Both the position numbers and the translations under genes were made by a program. The notes below the pieces were generated by a model. It had not been told where the DNA came from. It did not search any database and saw only the letters and a program-made list of their open reading frames with translations. Shown here in pieces: positions 44,512 to 54,632 of a stretch of DNA of 64,000 nucleotides. Every line of letters begins with the position of its first letter. Position 1 is the first letter of the stretch. Source of the stretch: an uncultured virus (IMG/VR IMGVR_UViG_3300044645_001931) (taxonomy: Duplodnaviria > Heunggongvirae > Uroviricota > Caudoviricetes); the IMG/VR virus record IMGVR_UViG_3300044645_001931, one strand, 5' to 3'.

Positions 44512-46038
44512 GTGCCTGCATACCAGCATCTTGCCTACCGTCGTAACGCACAAGCTGCTGCACGCAAGCAACAAATTCGTATTCCACGAAACCTTGAATC
44601 TCTTCAGAAAGCAAGGGAAGATTTTGGTTTCTTTTGTGAGTACGTAGCTGATAAACCTCCGGCTCAACATCACAAGGAGTGGCATCGTCATTTTGTAACT
44701 GATCAGGACAGCACTTGTCTTTTGAAGATTGCTGGTCCTAACGTTGATCTCTTGGCGCCCAGGGGCTCCGCCAAGAGCACGGTCCTCGGTCTGTTCACTG
44801 CCTGGGCCATTGGTATCCACACGCAAGCCAAGAAGCCGCTACAGATCCTTTACTTGTCTTACACGGTTGATATCGCACGTTCTAAGTCGGCAACCATTAA
44901 ACGCATCATCGAAAGCAAACGATACCAAGAGGTTTTCCCAACCGTACGTCTTCTCAAGAACGTCACCAGTAATGAGTACTGGTCCATCGACCACAAGTTT
45001 GCGGGCATTGACACCACGGGTGAAGAACAATTCACGCTCTGCGCAGCAGGCCTTAAAGGTTCGGTGACCTCCAAGCGTTCACACCTTGTGATCATTGATG
45101 ACGCCATTAAATCTGCGGCTGATATCTCTAACCCTGACATCCGTAAACAGATGCAGGACAACTGGAATGCGGTGATTGCACCCACCATGTTTGAAGGAGC
45201 ACGGGCTATCTGCCTTGGTACCCGCTTCAGACATGATGATATTCATTCCACAACATTTAATACACAAAACAACTGGTTGCAAATTGTGTTGTCCGCAATC
45301 TTGCAAGATCCTAAGTCTGGGGATGAACAATCGTATTGGCCAGAGATGTGGTCATTGGATTACTTGAAGGAAAAGAAACGACAAGCGCCTATTGCTTTTT
45401 CGTTCCAGTACATGAATCAAGTCATCAGGCAAAATGAATTGTCGTTGGCTCCAGAGCTGATTGTTAAAGCGGAGATTGCAACAGAGTTCGACACGCTTGC
45501 TGTGGGGGTTGACCTTTCTGCTGGTACAAAAGAAAGAAATGACTATACTGTCATGGTACTTGGTGGACGTATCGGAGATCAGATTCACGTTATTGATTAC
45601 CGCCGCTTGCGTGTCATGGGCAACCTAGAAAAACTAGATGCTCTTAAAGAATTGCTTAATGATTGGTCGATACTTGGCTGCGATGAAAGCGGTAATTATT
45701 TCCCGACCTACTCCACGTGTGACATCTACTCAGAAGCCGTGCAGTACCAGGCTTCTCTTGAAGCCGACTTTAAGCGTGTGTGTCTAAACAACGAAAGTCT
45801 TTACAACTTGAATTGGCATCCCGTTAAAGGATTCCGTGCTGATAAGCTGGCACGCTTCCGTGGTTGCATGGGGCTTTTTGAGGACCGTAAGATCATCTTC
45901 AATCGCTATCGCAACTTTACCGCGATGTTTGAAGAGCTGACTAACTTTGGTGTTAGTAGTCATGACGACTGTGTCGACGCTCTTGTTTGGATGATTAACG
46001 GTCTTATGAAAAAAGGCAAACTCCAACTTGATTACTAA
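44512..46038 (+). CDS. terL: Terminase large subunit
   Basis: Walker A APRGSAKST, Walker B LVIIDD, GTRF, nuclease GVDLS and HDDCVDA. Confidence 0.95.
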   Translation: MPAYQHLAYRRNAQAAARKQQIRIPRNLESLQKAREDFGFFCEYVADKPPAQHHKEWHRHFVTDQDSTCLLKIAGPNVDLLAPRGSAKSTVLGLFTAWAIGIHTQAKKPLQILYLSYTVDIARSKSATIKRIIESKRYQEVFPTVRLLKNVTSNEYWSIDHKFAGIDTTGEEQFTLCAAGLKGSVTSKRSHLVIIDDAIKSAADISNPDIRKQMQDNWNAVIAPTMFEGARAICLGTRFRHDDIHSTTFNTQNNWLQIVLSAILQDPKSGDEQSYWPEMWSLDYLKEKKRQAPIAFSFQYMNQVIRQNELSLAPELIVKAEIATEFDTLAVGVDLSAGTKERNDYTVMVLGGRIGDQIHVIDYRRLRVMGNLEKLDALKELLNDWSILGCDESGNYFPTYSTCDIYSEAVQYQASLEADFKRVCLNNESLYNLNWHPVKGFRADKLARFRGCMGLFEDRKIIFNRYRNFTAMFEELTNFGVSSHDDCVDALVWMINGLMKKGKLQLDY

Positions 46039-46063
46039 ACCTTAGAATTAGAAAAAAGCGAAT

Positions 46064-46366
46064 TTGGTCGTGGGGCCTGAATACATTGCTATCGGTTTGA
46101 CGGCCGTTGTGTCCGCTATTACTGGTGGCAGTTGGGTCGCAGGTAAGATTCTTGGCAGGCAAAACGACCAGATCCAACAAGCTTTTAATTACATCGGTTC
46201 GCAAAAGCGAAGGATTGACGTCTTGGAAGACGATTTAAAACGTATGCCTTTAGAGTACGTTCTCAAGGTTGACTTCCTAAGAGAGATCCAACAAATGCAT
46301 GATAACTTCAATCAAATCAATGCAAAACTTGATAAGCTAGTTGAGAAATTACTTGAATCCAAATGA
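46064..46366 (+). CDS. Membrane-anchored coiled-coil protein
   Basis: N-terminal TM helix; MPLEYVLKVDF...INAKLDKL. Confidence 0.65.
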   Translation: MVVGPEYIAIGLTAVVSAITGGSWVAGKILGRQNDQIQQAFNYIGSQKRRIDVLEDDLKRMPLEYVLKVDFLREIQQMHDNFNQINAKLDKLVEKLLESK

Positions 46367-46545
46367 GTTACATCCTCGAGGTCCAGGAGGACGAGAACGG
46401 AGATCAGTACATTGTTCTTCCCGATGAGGTGATGGAAGAGTTGTGCTGGCAAGAAGGCGACGTACTTAATTGGGATGTACGTGGCACTGGTATCATCATC
46501 TCCAAGGTCAATGATGCGGCTGGCTACGAGGTTATAGAAGAGTAG
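46363..46545 (+). CDS. AbrB/MazE-like small DNA-binding protein
   Basis: NGDQYIVLPDEVMEELCWQEGDVL. Confidence 0.6.
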   Translation: MSYILEVQEDENGDQYIVLPDEVMEELCWQEGDVLNWDVRGTGIIISKVNDAAGYEVIEE

Positions 46546-46614
46546 AATAAACGGATCAGAGAGCAACATTAGCCAACAAAACTGCTAGTATTTAGATAAA
46601 AGACAAGGTGAATA

Positions 46615-48891
46615 ATGGCTGACGCTAAAGCCCGACTCCACGAAATCATCAATGCTTACCTGGATAAAAACAGTGACATTGTTGTAGATACGGGTATTGT
46701 TGCGTCCCATATTGCACAGATGAAACTCTTTGGTATTCGCCAAGGAGTTGAGTTCTTTCCAGGGCAAGATAACTTTGGCGCTCAGCGCAAAGACTTTATC
46801 GACAGGGTACTCAAGTACAACAAGATGGATACCCGTTTGGATTCCATCTGGGAATACTTTTTGTGTGATGGTAAAGGACTTTTTTACATTCGTCCTACCA
46901 AGCAGAGCTATAGACTTTATTACTTTCGTGAACATGAATATCGTGCCTATTACAACGTTGACGGTGAGCTTGACGAAGTCGTAATCATCTACAGCTACAA
47001 GGTGCGCCGTGGCAACGGCTTTGGCGATCAAATCAACACAGTCAATATCACTGGATCGCAAAGCACATACAATCCCGGTGCTAAGCGTTATATCCGATTG
47101 TCAATTAAACCAAAAGAGATTGAAGAGACGCACTCCGATTCGGAGCTGAATTTTGACATGCCAACCTATGCGTTAACAGGTAATACCAAAACGCTTAAAA
47201 ATAGTCTTGGCTTTATTCCTTGCGTTGAGATCATCAACAACACTCAAGGCTTTTCAAATGAAGGCTCTGGTGAGTTTGATGCAGTCGCTAATCACATTTG
47301 CACGCATGATGAATTGATGCGCACCATGCGCAAGAACATCACTTTCTTTGGTAACCCAACACTGCTTTCGTCACGTCCCAAGACAGACCTGATGGAAGCA
47401 GGTGGGGACATGAGCGTTCAGCGACCTTCTATTGCAGCAAACTCTGGCTTCACGAGTCCTGCTGCCTTGAGTCGCTCTACGTTCAAAGCAGATCCTGTCA
47501 GCCGTGGTGCTGATGGTCAGATCCGTGTACCAAGAGTCATCGCAAACCTGGAACCAAACGACCGTGTTGGTTACATTGTCCCCGATGCAATTACAGGTGA
47601 CCAAAACGCATTTGCGCGTCAGTATCGAGAAGAGATCCGTACAGCACTTGGTGGTGTTGATGAACTGTCTATCTCTGCAGGCGTGACTGCAACTGAGTAC
47701 AAATCATTGTTTGGTCGTGTAGCTGCTACATCCAAGAAGAAAGCAAATGCTATTTACACACATGGCATCTGTCGTTGTCTTGAGTTGATTATTTACCAGG
47801 AAGAACAACTCTTCAAGACGACGCTTGCGATGGCAGCAGGATTAGAAAAGCCCGTGGATCTACCTGACGGTGCTTCCCCAGAAGAAGAGATGGCATATGA
47901 AGAAGCAATGAAGCAATACAATGACCAACTCAAACAACTTATGATGGCTTGTGTGGAGACCCAACAGATTCCACCCAAGGTTATTGGTCTTATTCCGGAC
48001 GGTGATTTAACTATTTTGTGGCGTTGGATGGGTCCTGTTTATGAGGACTCCACCCAAGACATCCTCAACAACTCCATCGTGGTACGAAACCTCCAGGAGT
48101 TAGGTGTTGATAGCATTGAAGCACTGAAATACCTCTTCCCGTCTAAGACGGATGAGGAAAGGGCCGAGATGTTATCTGGGTTCCCTTTCAGGATGGTGAA
48201 CGAATTACAGGGTGCATACTCTCAATTCGCTCGCTTAGTGGGGGGAATGATGCAGACTCCCCACCCGCAAGCACCGGATCTTCCGATGGCTGCGGATCCA
48301 AGATTGGATTTAACTCCATATCTGTATCGAACATTAGAAGCTCTACAAAAGGAGATGAGTTATGCAGGACGCTACCGTCCAATCGATCCCACAGACGAGC
48401 CAAGCACCAGTGGCGGTGGCTCCAAGCAGCTACGTGGTACCAGCCCAGGCTCCAGTACCCCAAGCTCCAGTGGCGTATCAGGTGGGTACCAGCTACCCCC
48501 AAGCGGTGCCTCAGGCGGCCCCCAATTACCAATCAGCCCCTACTCAGTACGCCCCCCAATACCAAGCGGAAGCGAACAGCAATCCGTGGGAATCGGCGTT
48601 CAACAAGGTGGTGAATCTGCTGAGCAGTCCAGTTCAATCCCCGTTCCAGGGTCAACCATCACAGATTCCGACCCAGTACGCACCGGCCAACTACGGTCAG
48701 CAGTACAGCAACCCAGCTACGCAACAATCGGCTCCGCAGACCTGGTCACCCAACCAGGCTTACTCGCCCAGCTCTTCCCAAATTTCCTCGACAATTTACT
48801 CAACACTCGACGGCCTCAACCCGACGAGCGAGGTGCAAAACGCGATCGCGGATTACCTGCAACTAAGCCCGGAAAGCAGAAACGTAATTAA
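46615..48891 (+). CDS. Portal protein
   Basis: Position between TerL and scaffold/capsid, and size; tail overlaps the next gene. Confidence 0.75.
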   Translation: MADAKARLHEIINAYLDKNSDIVVDTGIVASHIAQMKLFGIRQGVEFFPGQDNFGAQRKDFIDRVLKYNKMDTRLDSIWEYFLCDGKGLFYIRPTKQSYRLYYFREHEYRAYYNVDGELDEVVIIYSYKVRRGNGFGDQINTVNITGSQSTYNPGAKRYIRLSIKPKEIEETHSDSELNFDMPTYALTGNTKTLKNSLGFIPCVEIINNTQGFSNEGSGEFDAVANHICTHDELMRTMRKNITFFGNPTLLSSRPKTDLMEAGGDMSVQRPSIAANSGFTSPAALSRSTFKADPVSRGADGQIRVPRVIANLEPNDRVGYIVPDAITGDQNAFARQYREEIRTALGGVDELSISAGVTATEYKSLFGRVAATSKKKANAIYTHGICRCLELIIYQEEQLFKTTLAMAAGLEKPVDLPDGASPEEEMAYEEAMKQYNDQLKQLMMACVETQQIPPKVIGLIPDGDLTILWRWMGPVYEDSTQDILNNSIVVRNLQELGVDSIEALKYLFPSKTDEERAEMLSGFPFRMVNELQGAYSQFARLVGGMMQTPHPQAPDLPMAADPRLDLTPYLYRTLEALQKEMSYAGRYRPIDPTDEPSTSGGGSKQLRGTSPGSSTPSSSGVSGGYQLPPSGASGGPQLPISPYSVRPPIPSGSEQQSVGIGVQQGGESAEQSSSIPVPGSTITDSDPVRTGQLRSAVQQPSYATIGSADLVTQPGLLAQLFPNFLDNLLNTRRPQPDERGAKRDRGLPATKPGKQKRN

Positions 48892-49351
48892 TGCTTACGG
48901 TTGGGACGCACCTGCTGTTCTCAATAACTATGGCCTCCAACTGGAAGCCATGCTTGACAGTGCTGTTGCCTGGGGCAGCAAAGCACAAGAGGTCCTTCAT
49001 CGTTATGCCGATTTCTCTGTTGCCGAGCACCAAGAGAACCTGGCTTACAACGAAATCCTGACCAATCCTGATGTACTCAGCGATTACACGCTGAAGTTCT
49101 TTGGTCCTGAAGGTCCGTACCCTGTGTATGAGGATGAGTCCCAACTGGAAACCCGTGGTTATCCTACGGAATCGATCCAGAACTATATGGGCCAATTCCC
49201 TGCACCCCCTGCTGCTTCCGCTCCTCAGCAACCTGAGAACTTCTGGGGCAGCTTCAAGCAACAAATGGATGTGAATCCGGAGAATGCCTGGCGTCTTCTG
49301 AACCAAGCTCAGCCTCAAGTTGTTGCAAACAAACTGTTTGTGATGGAGTGA
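48362..49351 (+). CDS. Putative capsid scaffolding protein
   Basis: P/Q/A-rich low-complexity protein upstream of the capsid gene. Confidence 0.65.
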   Translation: MQDATVQSIPQTSQAPVAVAPSSYVVPAQAPVPQAPVAYQVGTSYPQAVPQAAPNYQSAPTQYAPQYQAEANSNPWESAFNKVVNLLSSPVQSPFQGQPSQIPTQYAPANYGQQYSNPATQQSAPQTWSPNQAYSPSSSQISSTIYSTLDGLNPTSEVQNAIADYLQLSPESRNVINAYGWDAPAVLNNYGLQLEAMLDSAVAWGSKAQEVLHRYADFSVAEHQENLAYNEILTNPDVLSDYTLKFFGPEGPYPVYEDESQLETRGYPTESIQNYMGQFPAPPAASAPQQPENFWGSFKQQMDVNPENAWRLLNQAQPQVVANKLFVME

Positions 49352-49355
49352 TGCC

Positions 49356-49898
49356 ATGCGTGGCGCTCTTAAATACGGTGTACCTGCTGCCGCTGCTTTA
49401 GGCGTTGGTGGGTACGCCCTTTCTCAAGGTGAAGATCCCGGATCTGCTGCTCTTGCTGCAGGCGCAGGTCTTCTTGGCGGCGCTGCAGGTTTGAAAGGCA
49501 CTCATAATATTGCTTTAGCCGGTAAGTATGGCGGACAACTTTCACAGCAAGCGCAAGGTTTACTCGGTAGAGCGGAAGATCGTTTGTCTCGTGCAAGTTA
49601 TGGCGCAAAGAACGACTTGGTCTCTGATGCCTTGTTGAATCTTTCCGGTGCTGCCGGAAATGTTGCTGACAGGATTACACCGCGTAACATCGGAAAAGCA
49701 ATGGCAGCGGGCGCAGTTCCTGCCGCAGCACTTACCGCTGGTCTCGGCGGCGTTGCTCTTGGCGCCATCCCTGGTTCCATGGGTGTACCAGGATTCCAGC
49801 AAGGCATGGCTATTGATCCAGAAGACCCACGCGTTCCAAGCAACACACCAGGGGCTATGTACAGCGTGAGTCCGTATGCATCTACGCAGTACGTTTAA
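49356..49898 (+). CDS. GA-rich hydrophobic virion protein
   Basis: 180 aa ORF between scaffold and capsid. Confidence 0.65.
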   Translation: MRGALKYGVPAAAALGVGGYALSQGEDPGSAALAAGAGLLGGAAGLKGTHNIALAGKYGGQLSQQAQGLLGRAEDRLSRASYGAKNDLVSDALLNLSGAAGNVADRITPRNIGKAMAAGAVPAAALTAGLGGVALGAIPGSMGVPGFQQGMAIDPEDPRVPSNTPGAMYSVSPYASTQYV

Positions 49899-50001
49899 TA
49901 TTAAATTACGGACTGCTAAAATTTGTGTTAGATAAGACATATTCATGTCTGAATCTTTCACCCGATAAAACACTTCCTGCGACACTGGAGGATAAAACAA
50001 A

Positions 50002-51165
50002 GTGTTCATTGATAACGACTTTCCAAAGATTTTGGGTGCGGAACTTTACCGTCCCCACCCTGCGTATATCGCAGAAATGGCAGTCGAGCCTGTAGTTGTT
50101 CACGACTTCACTCGTCAGCCTGGTCAAACTGTTCAGCTTGATCGCTATAAGTTCTGGGGTACCCCTGGTACTAAGGACAGCCGTGAGCGTATTGCCGACC
50201 AAACCATCGGTACCGCTAACAGCCGTAACATCACCAAGGAGAAAGTCCTGGTGGTGCTTAAGGAATACACTGGTCCTGCCGACCCGGGTGATCCGACTCA
50301 GCCTTCGACCTTCAAGATTGCTCGTGAAACCCTGATCACGGCCCAGCGCCTGCTTCTGGATTCGGGCAACCTGAATATGTTCCACCAGTCGATCGGTAGC
50401 CTGACGCTGCTTGACGACTATCGCCGTTGGCGTGACCGCGTCTTTATTGACGAACTGTCGAAAGCAGAAGCCAATGGCGCTGCTTCTACTACCCAAGGTG
50501 GTTACTACTTCGCTGGTAACAAGATCAAAGATTCCTCTGGTCGTGTCAGCTACACCACCACCGAATACGGTAATGAAGTTCAGCAGTTCCAGGTGCGTAC
50601 TGACCTGCTGACCATTGTTAAGGATTTGCGCAAGCGTAACGTTCCGACCTTCGCTGATGGTCTGTATCGTTGCATCTGCGATCCTACCTTCATGATGCAC
50701 CTGCGTCGTGATCCTGACTTCCGTGAGATTGCGCGTTACTCCGGTAACCCTGGCCAAGGCATGTACATGGGTAACCCCATGATGCCTAACAACGCCAGCT
50801 TCTACATGGGTCCTCAGGCCGGCCAAGGCTACTTCCTGGCTGGTGAACCTGTAATGCCTACTGGCGTTCAGTTTGAAGGCGTGAAGTTCTTCGAGTCGAC
50901 CAACTTCCCGACCAAGAGTGTGAGTGCCTCCTTCGATGGTGGTTCCACCTATGCCTCCAGGGAAGCTGCTCAAGGCTTCTTCTTCGGTCCTCAGTCTGTT
51001 GGTGTTGGTATCGGCGGCCCGAACGCTCAAGTGCTCATCAACAACAACGATGACTTCAGCCGTTTCATCATCCTGATTTGGCAACTGTACGCTGGTTTCG
51101 AGATCCTCAACAAGGACTTCGTGACCACTGCTTACAGCTTTGTGCAAGATGACGGCACTGTTTGA
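50002..51165 (+). CDS. Major capsid protein
   Basis: 387 aa; strong codon bias; GGAGG SD; PGQTVQLDRY and GVQFEGVKFFEST resemble N4-gp56-like HK97-fold capsids. Confidence 0.85.
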   Translation: MFIDNDFPKILGAELYRPHPAYIAEMAVEPVVVHDFTRQPGQTVQLDRYKFWGTPGTKDSRERIADQTIGTANSRNITKEKVLVVLKEYTGPADPGDPTQPSTFKIARETLITAQRLLLDSGNLNMFHQSIGSLTLLDDYRRWRDRVFIDELSKAEANGAASTTQGGYYFAGNKIKDSSGRVSYTTTEYGNEVQQFQVRTDLLTIVKDLRKRNVPTFADGLYRCICDPTFMMHLRRDPDFREIARYSGNPGQGMYMGNPMMPNNASFYMGPQAGQGYFLAGEPVMPTGVQFEGVKFFESTNFPTKSVSASFDGGSTYASREAAQGFFFGPQSVGVGIGGPNAQVLINNNDDFSRFIILIWQLYAGFEILNKDFVTTAYSFVQDDGTV

Positions 51166-51201
51166 TAACTAACGTATAAAACACAACATAGGAAAAGATA
51201 A

Positions 51202-52005
51202 ATGACCTATTTGTCCGCTAAAAAAATCTTCCCAGGTAACTGGGCAGAACCTCTGAACGGCTGGTACAAAAACATCGACAACAATGGCGATGGTACCAAT
51301 GAAGGCTCTAAGGGCGGCCCCACTTCCGTGCTGGCTCTCCCTGGCTACCGTTACTTCCAGCAGCGCGGTTACGTGCCTGTTACCGCAACTTCCGGTAGCG
51401 GTCCTGTGGCTGCAGCCGATGTGATCGTTCCTTCGCCTTACCGCCAGGACGATACTCGCCCCGACATCACCGGCATGGTGATTTCTGGTAGCAGCACCCT
51501 GCCTGCTTATGTGTACCGCTCCACCATCTCCGTTGCTTCTGGTTGGGGTGATGGTCGTGTTTCCTCTGGTGTTTATGCAGCCACTGGTAACGTGATCTCC
51601 TTCGGTCGCAGCAATGGTGGTAGCCCCACCGCTGCCTCCGGTATTGGCGAAGGTGTGATCCAGGCCAACCTAACTTCCACCGTGTCTGGTACCCAGGCTG
51701 GCGAGATCTACTTCGCTGCTGGTTCCGCTGCTTACAGCACCAATCCGTTCCTGATTGCATCCGGCGCAGCCGGTGTGACCGCCGGTAACGTGAACTATGC
51801 TGCTACCGCTGCCACCACCCTGAAGGTGTTTGCAAAAGAAACCGCGAATAGCACTGCTACTTCTGGTGGCTTCTACATCTCCAGCGGTGATGCAAGCGGT
51901 GGTCGCGTTGGTTACCTCGTTGTTGAGTGCTGCTACATCCAACCTGATGAAGCACCTGGCTACGAAGATATCGATGGCTACCTCTTGGGCCGCACTGTTA
52001 GCTGA
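51202..52005 (+). CDS. Putative capsid decoration or abundant structural protein
   Basis: Directly follows the capsid gene with the same codon bias; S/T/G/A-rich. Confidence 0.65.
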   Translation: MTYLSAKKIFPGNWAEPLNGWYKNIDNNGDGTNEGSKGGPTSVLALPGYRYFQQRGYVPVTATSGSGPVAAADVIVPSPYRQDDTRPDITGMVISGSSTLPAYVYRSTISVASGWGDGRVSSGVYAATGNVISFGRSNGGSPTAASGIGEGVIQANLTSTVSGTQAGEIYFAAGSAAYSTNPFLIASGAAGVTAGNVNYAATAATTLKVFAKETANSTATSGGFYISSGDASGGRVGYLVVECCYIQPDEAPGYEDIDGYLLGRTVS

Positions 52006-52040
52006 TTAGGTTAAACTAAGACCAGTAAGTAACTGGTCTT

Positions 52041-52469
52041 ATGTCAACCACTGCAGCAATGCTTTATCAGCACAAAAAAACAGGTGCAAGAGTCAAGATT
52101 GTAAGCGAATGGGATAACGGCGACTGGTACATGGTCGAAGATCAGGACGGTCGCCTTTATACCGCTTACAGAACTGAACTTACACCTGATGAGGCTGCTA
52201 CCAAAACGGTAAAGACGCTTCAAGTAAAAGATAAAGCTGCTCAGGAAGAGCCACGTACTTTCCCCCCGGACAACCGTTTAAATATCAATTCAGCTACCGC
52301 TCAAATGATCGCTGATCATATTAAGGGTATTGGATTGAAAACAGCCCGAGAGATTAAAGATCTTCAGATGTCCTTATCGGGTGAAAGGTTCAACAATCTC
52401 GAACAGTTAAAACAAATCAAGCGAGTTGACTGGGATGCGGTGATTGCTGCGGACCTGATCAGGGTTTGA
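52041..52469 (+). CDS. Helix-hairpin-helix domain protein
   Basis: LNINSATA...IKGIGLKTA.EI...F.NLEQLKQI (ComEA-like). Confidence 0.75.
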   Translation: MSTTAAMLYQHKKTGARVKIVSEWDNGDWYMVEDQDGRLYTAYRTELTPDEAATKTVKTLQVKDKAAQEEPRTFPPDNRLNINSATAQMIADHIKGIGLKTAREIKDLQMSLSGERFNNLEQLKQIKRVDWDAVIAADLIRV

Positions 52470-52489
52470 TTACTCATCTCCAAACTATG

Positions 52490-52512
52490 CCCCTGGGAAA
52501 CCAGGGGTTTTT
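52490..52512 (+). terminator. Rho-independent terminator
   Basis: cccctgg-gaaa-ccagggg followed by TTTTT. Confidence 0.8.
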
Positions 52513-52529
52513 ACTTTTAGAATGTAGAT

Positions 52530-53195
52530 ATGGCAAAGATCACGCGACTAGGGCAGCTTGGATCTACTGGAATTTCTTCCGGTCCACATTTGCATGGCTA
52601 TGTATTAAACCTTCAGACCAATCAATACGAAGACCCTGGCATCCATCGCAGTAAATTTTTAGGTGTTAGGGTCGGACCAAATCGAGTCCCTAAGTATATT
52701 GCCGATGAAAAAGGTGGGTTGCAACTAAATCCAGCAGCCGGCCTTACAATGACTTCTGGTTTTGGCCCCAGAAATACAGGCATTGCTGGTGCTAGCACAT
52801 ACCACAGGGGTAGAGATTATGCTGGTGCAGAAGGGACTGAGATTTTTGTAGAAGGAGATGTTAAATTTAAACCTCGTCCCAATGAAGGTGGTTACGGTAA
52901 TTTAGCCACCTGGACAACAGGAGATGGAAAATATGAGCTTGGCTACGGCCACATGAAGACGCTAGGAGAAGCTTCTGATCTTACGGGTGGAAAGGTACAA
53001 GATCCCTCCGGTGCTGGCACAGATCCTAAAGAGTTTTTAATGGGTTACTTACTTGGCACTGGTTTTGCAGGTGAACCGAAAGAAAGCGGTGCGACCAAAA
53101 TGAAACGTCAACTTGTCCAGCAGTTATTACAACCCGCTCAAACAATCAATCCCATGGAGTTACTAGCCAGCCTTCCTAATCCATACGCCGTTTAA
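52530..53195 (+). CDS. M23-family peptidase, circularly permuted
   Basis: GSTGISSGPHLH at the N-terminus; HRGRD, GYGN and YGH later. Confidence 0.75.
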   Translation: MAKITRLGQLGSTGISSGPHLHGYVLNLQTNQYEDPGIHRSKFLGVRVGPNRVPKYIADEKGGLQLNPAAGLTMTSGFGPRNTGIAGASTYHRGRDYAGAEGTEIFVEGDVKFKPRPNEGGYGNLATWTTGDGKYELGYGHMKTLGEASDLTGGKVQDPSGAGTDPKEFLMGYLLGTGFAGEPKESGATKMKRQLVQQLLQPAQTINPMELLASLPNPYAV

Positions 53196-53234
53196 TTCAC
53201 TGCATTTATAATTGAGAACATACGGAAATAAGCT

Positions 53235-53696
53235 GTGCAGCTCAGCGATTTTGACAAGAGTAGAGTCAGGTATCACCTAGGCTACTTCACGGTTTCCGTG
53301 CCGGCGGGTGACTATGCCCGACTTGAAGAAGCTATGAACACCGTTCCGGATTCATACTTCTATGACAAAATTGCTATCCAAATTGGACGTTGCGACACTG
53401 CTGAAAAGAGGACTGAAGTTGCTACTTCACCCTCTACGCGCATCGAAAACATTGTTGGTGACGTTGATCGTACGATCAGATCCAGTAATGCCAAAGAGGC
53501 GCTTAAGGTTTGGGATGAGATTTATCTCTACGAAACCAACCGTTTAGCCGGTATCCTTTACGTTCCCAACTATAAGGATCCGTTCCAGGCCAGATATCGT
53601 TACGAACGCTCTGGTGCTGAATTCATCCAGGCTTTACCTGGCCCTGCCGATACGGCTGTGGGATCACGCATTTATTTACATGAGGTTTGGCGGTGA
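53235..53696 (+). CDS. Putative head-completion protein
   Basis: 153 aa; DKSRVRYHLGY; position in the virion module. Confidence 0.55.
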   Translation: MQLSDFDKSRVRYHLGYFTVSVPAGDYARLEEAMNTVPDSYFYDKIAIQIGRCDTAEKRTEVATSPSTRIENIVGDVDRTIRSSNAKEALKVWDEIYLYETNRLAGILYVPNYKDPFQARYRYERSGAEFIQALPGPADTAVGSRIYLHEVWR

Positions 53697-54547
53697 TGAT
53701 TGGACCTGTTGTTTCTAATATTGGGCGCATTGCTCCATGGGCACTTAGCGGATTGAGTATACTCCCTAACATTCCGGGAGCAGTAAATGCTGCCGGTAAA
53801 TTTTTTAATCAGCCTGCAGCTCCTTACAATCCAGGTGGTGGGGGCATGGGAGGCCGTCGCGGTACTTCCGGTAGAGCTACATCTACTAAACCTACCGGAA
53901 GCTTGCGTGATTACGGCACAGGTTACAAAGAAGAAGAGCTTCGTGCAGGGGCTGCAGCAGAAAGTTTTCGCTCAGGTGCAGGTTTTCCTGGCCAACAAGC
54001 TGCGGCTGAACGTGCATACCAATCCGAGGCATCTCGTGTTGCTCAGCTTACTGCTCAAGATCCTGAGCTTCAGCGTTACGAAGCGGCACGTCTAAAAGCT
54101 GTTGCCCCCGGTGCTACGCCTGAACAGGTTCAGTCGGCAGAAGATATCGGCATGCAGATGTGGGCAAAAGCCAATCCCACCCTTGCTGCCAAAGTCAAAG
54201 CCGGACAGTCTGGCTACGAAGCAATTCAAGGCACTCTTGCCGGTAACATGGCGCGTGCAGGACAAGGCTTTGGTATTACCGAACAACTTGTGCCAACACC
54301 GCAAGGCTTCCCGACACAAGTTCCTGGTTTACCGACAGGCACTGGTTACTCCACAGGCTTTGGTGTAACCTCTAACCTTGCCCCTGGAGCACAGACGCCA
54401 CCTCCTTACTCCACGATTAAACCAACATCTGAATTGTCAGGTTTAGGCGCAGCTCCCCTTGGTACAGCTACAACATCTGTATTTGGTCAGCCTAACGTGA
54501 TGGATGCTGCTAAGTTTGAAGAGCTTCTTAAGTTAGTTAAGAAATAA
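53693..54547 (+). CDS. Hypothetical virion protein
   Basis: Low-complexity A/G/P-rich ORF. Confidence 0.65.
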   Translation: MMIGPVVSNIGRIAPWALSGLSILPNIPGAVNAAGKFFNQPAAPYNPGGGGMGGRRGTSGRATSTKPTGSLRDYGTGYKEEELRAGAAAESFRSGAGFPGQQAAAERAYQSEASRVAQLTAQDPELQRYEAARLKAVAPGATPEQVQSAEDIGMQMWAKANPTLAAKVKAGQSGYEAIQGTLAGNMARAGQGFGITEQLVPTPQGFPTQVPGLPTGTGYSTGFGVTSNLAPGAQTPPPYSTIKPTSELSGLGAAPLGTATTSVFGQPNVMDAAKFEELLKLVKK

Positions 54548-54632
54548 AACTTTGGCATTGCTTAGCATGTAAGCCCAGCCTACTGGACACGAATCTTTGA
54601 TTCACGGGGGCCAGTGTTGTTGCTTTAGACCA

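Noticed and set aside
49906..51147. 413 aa minus-strand ORF
   Set aside because: Antisense shadow of the codon-biased capsid gene; no motifs.
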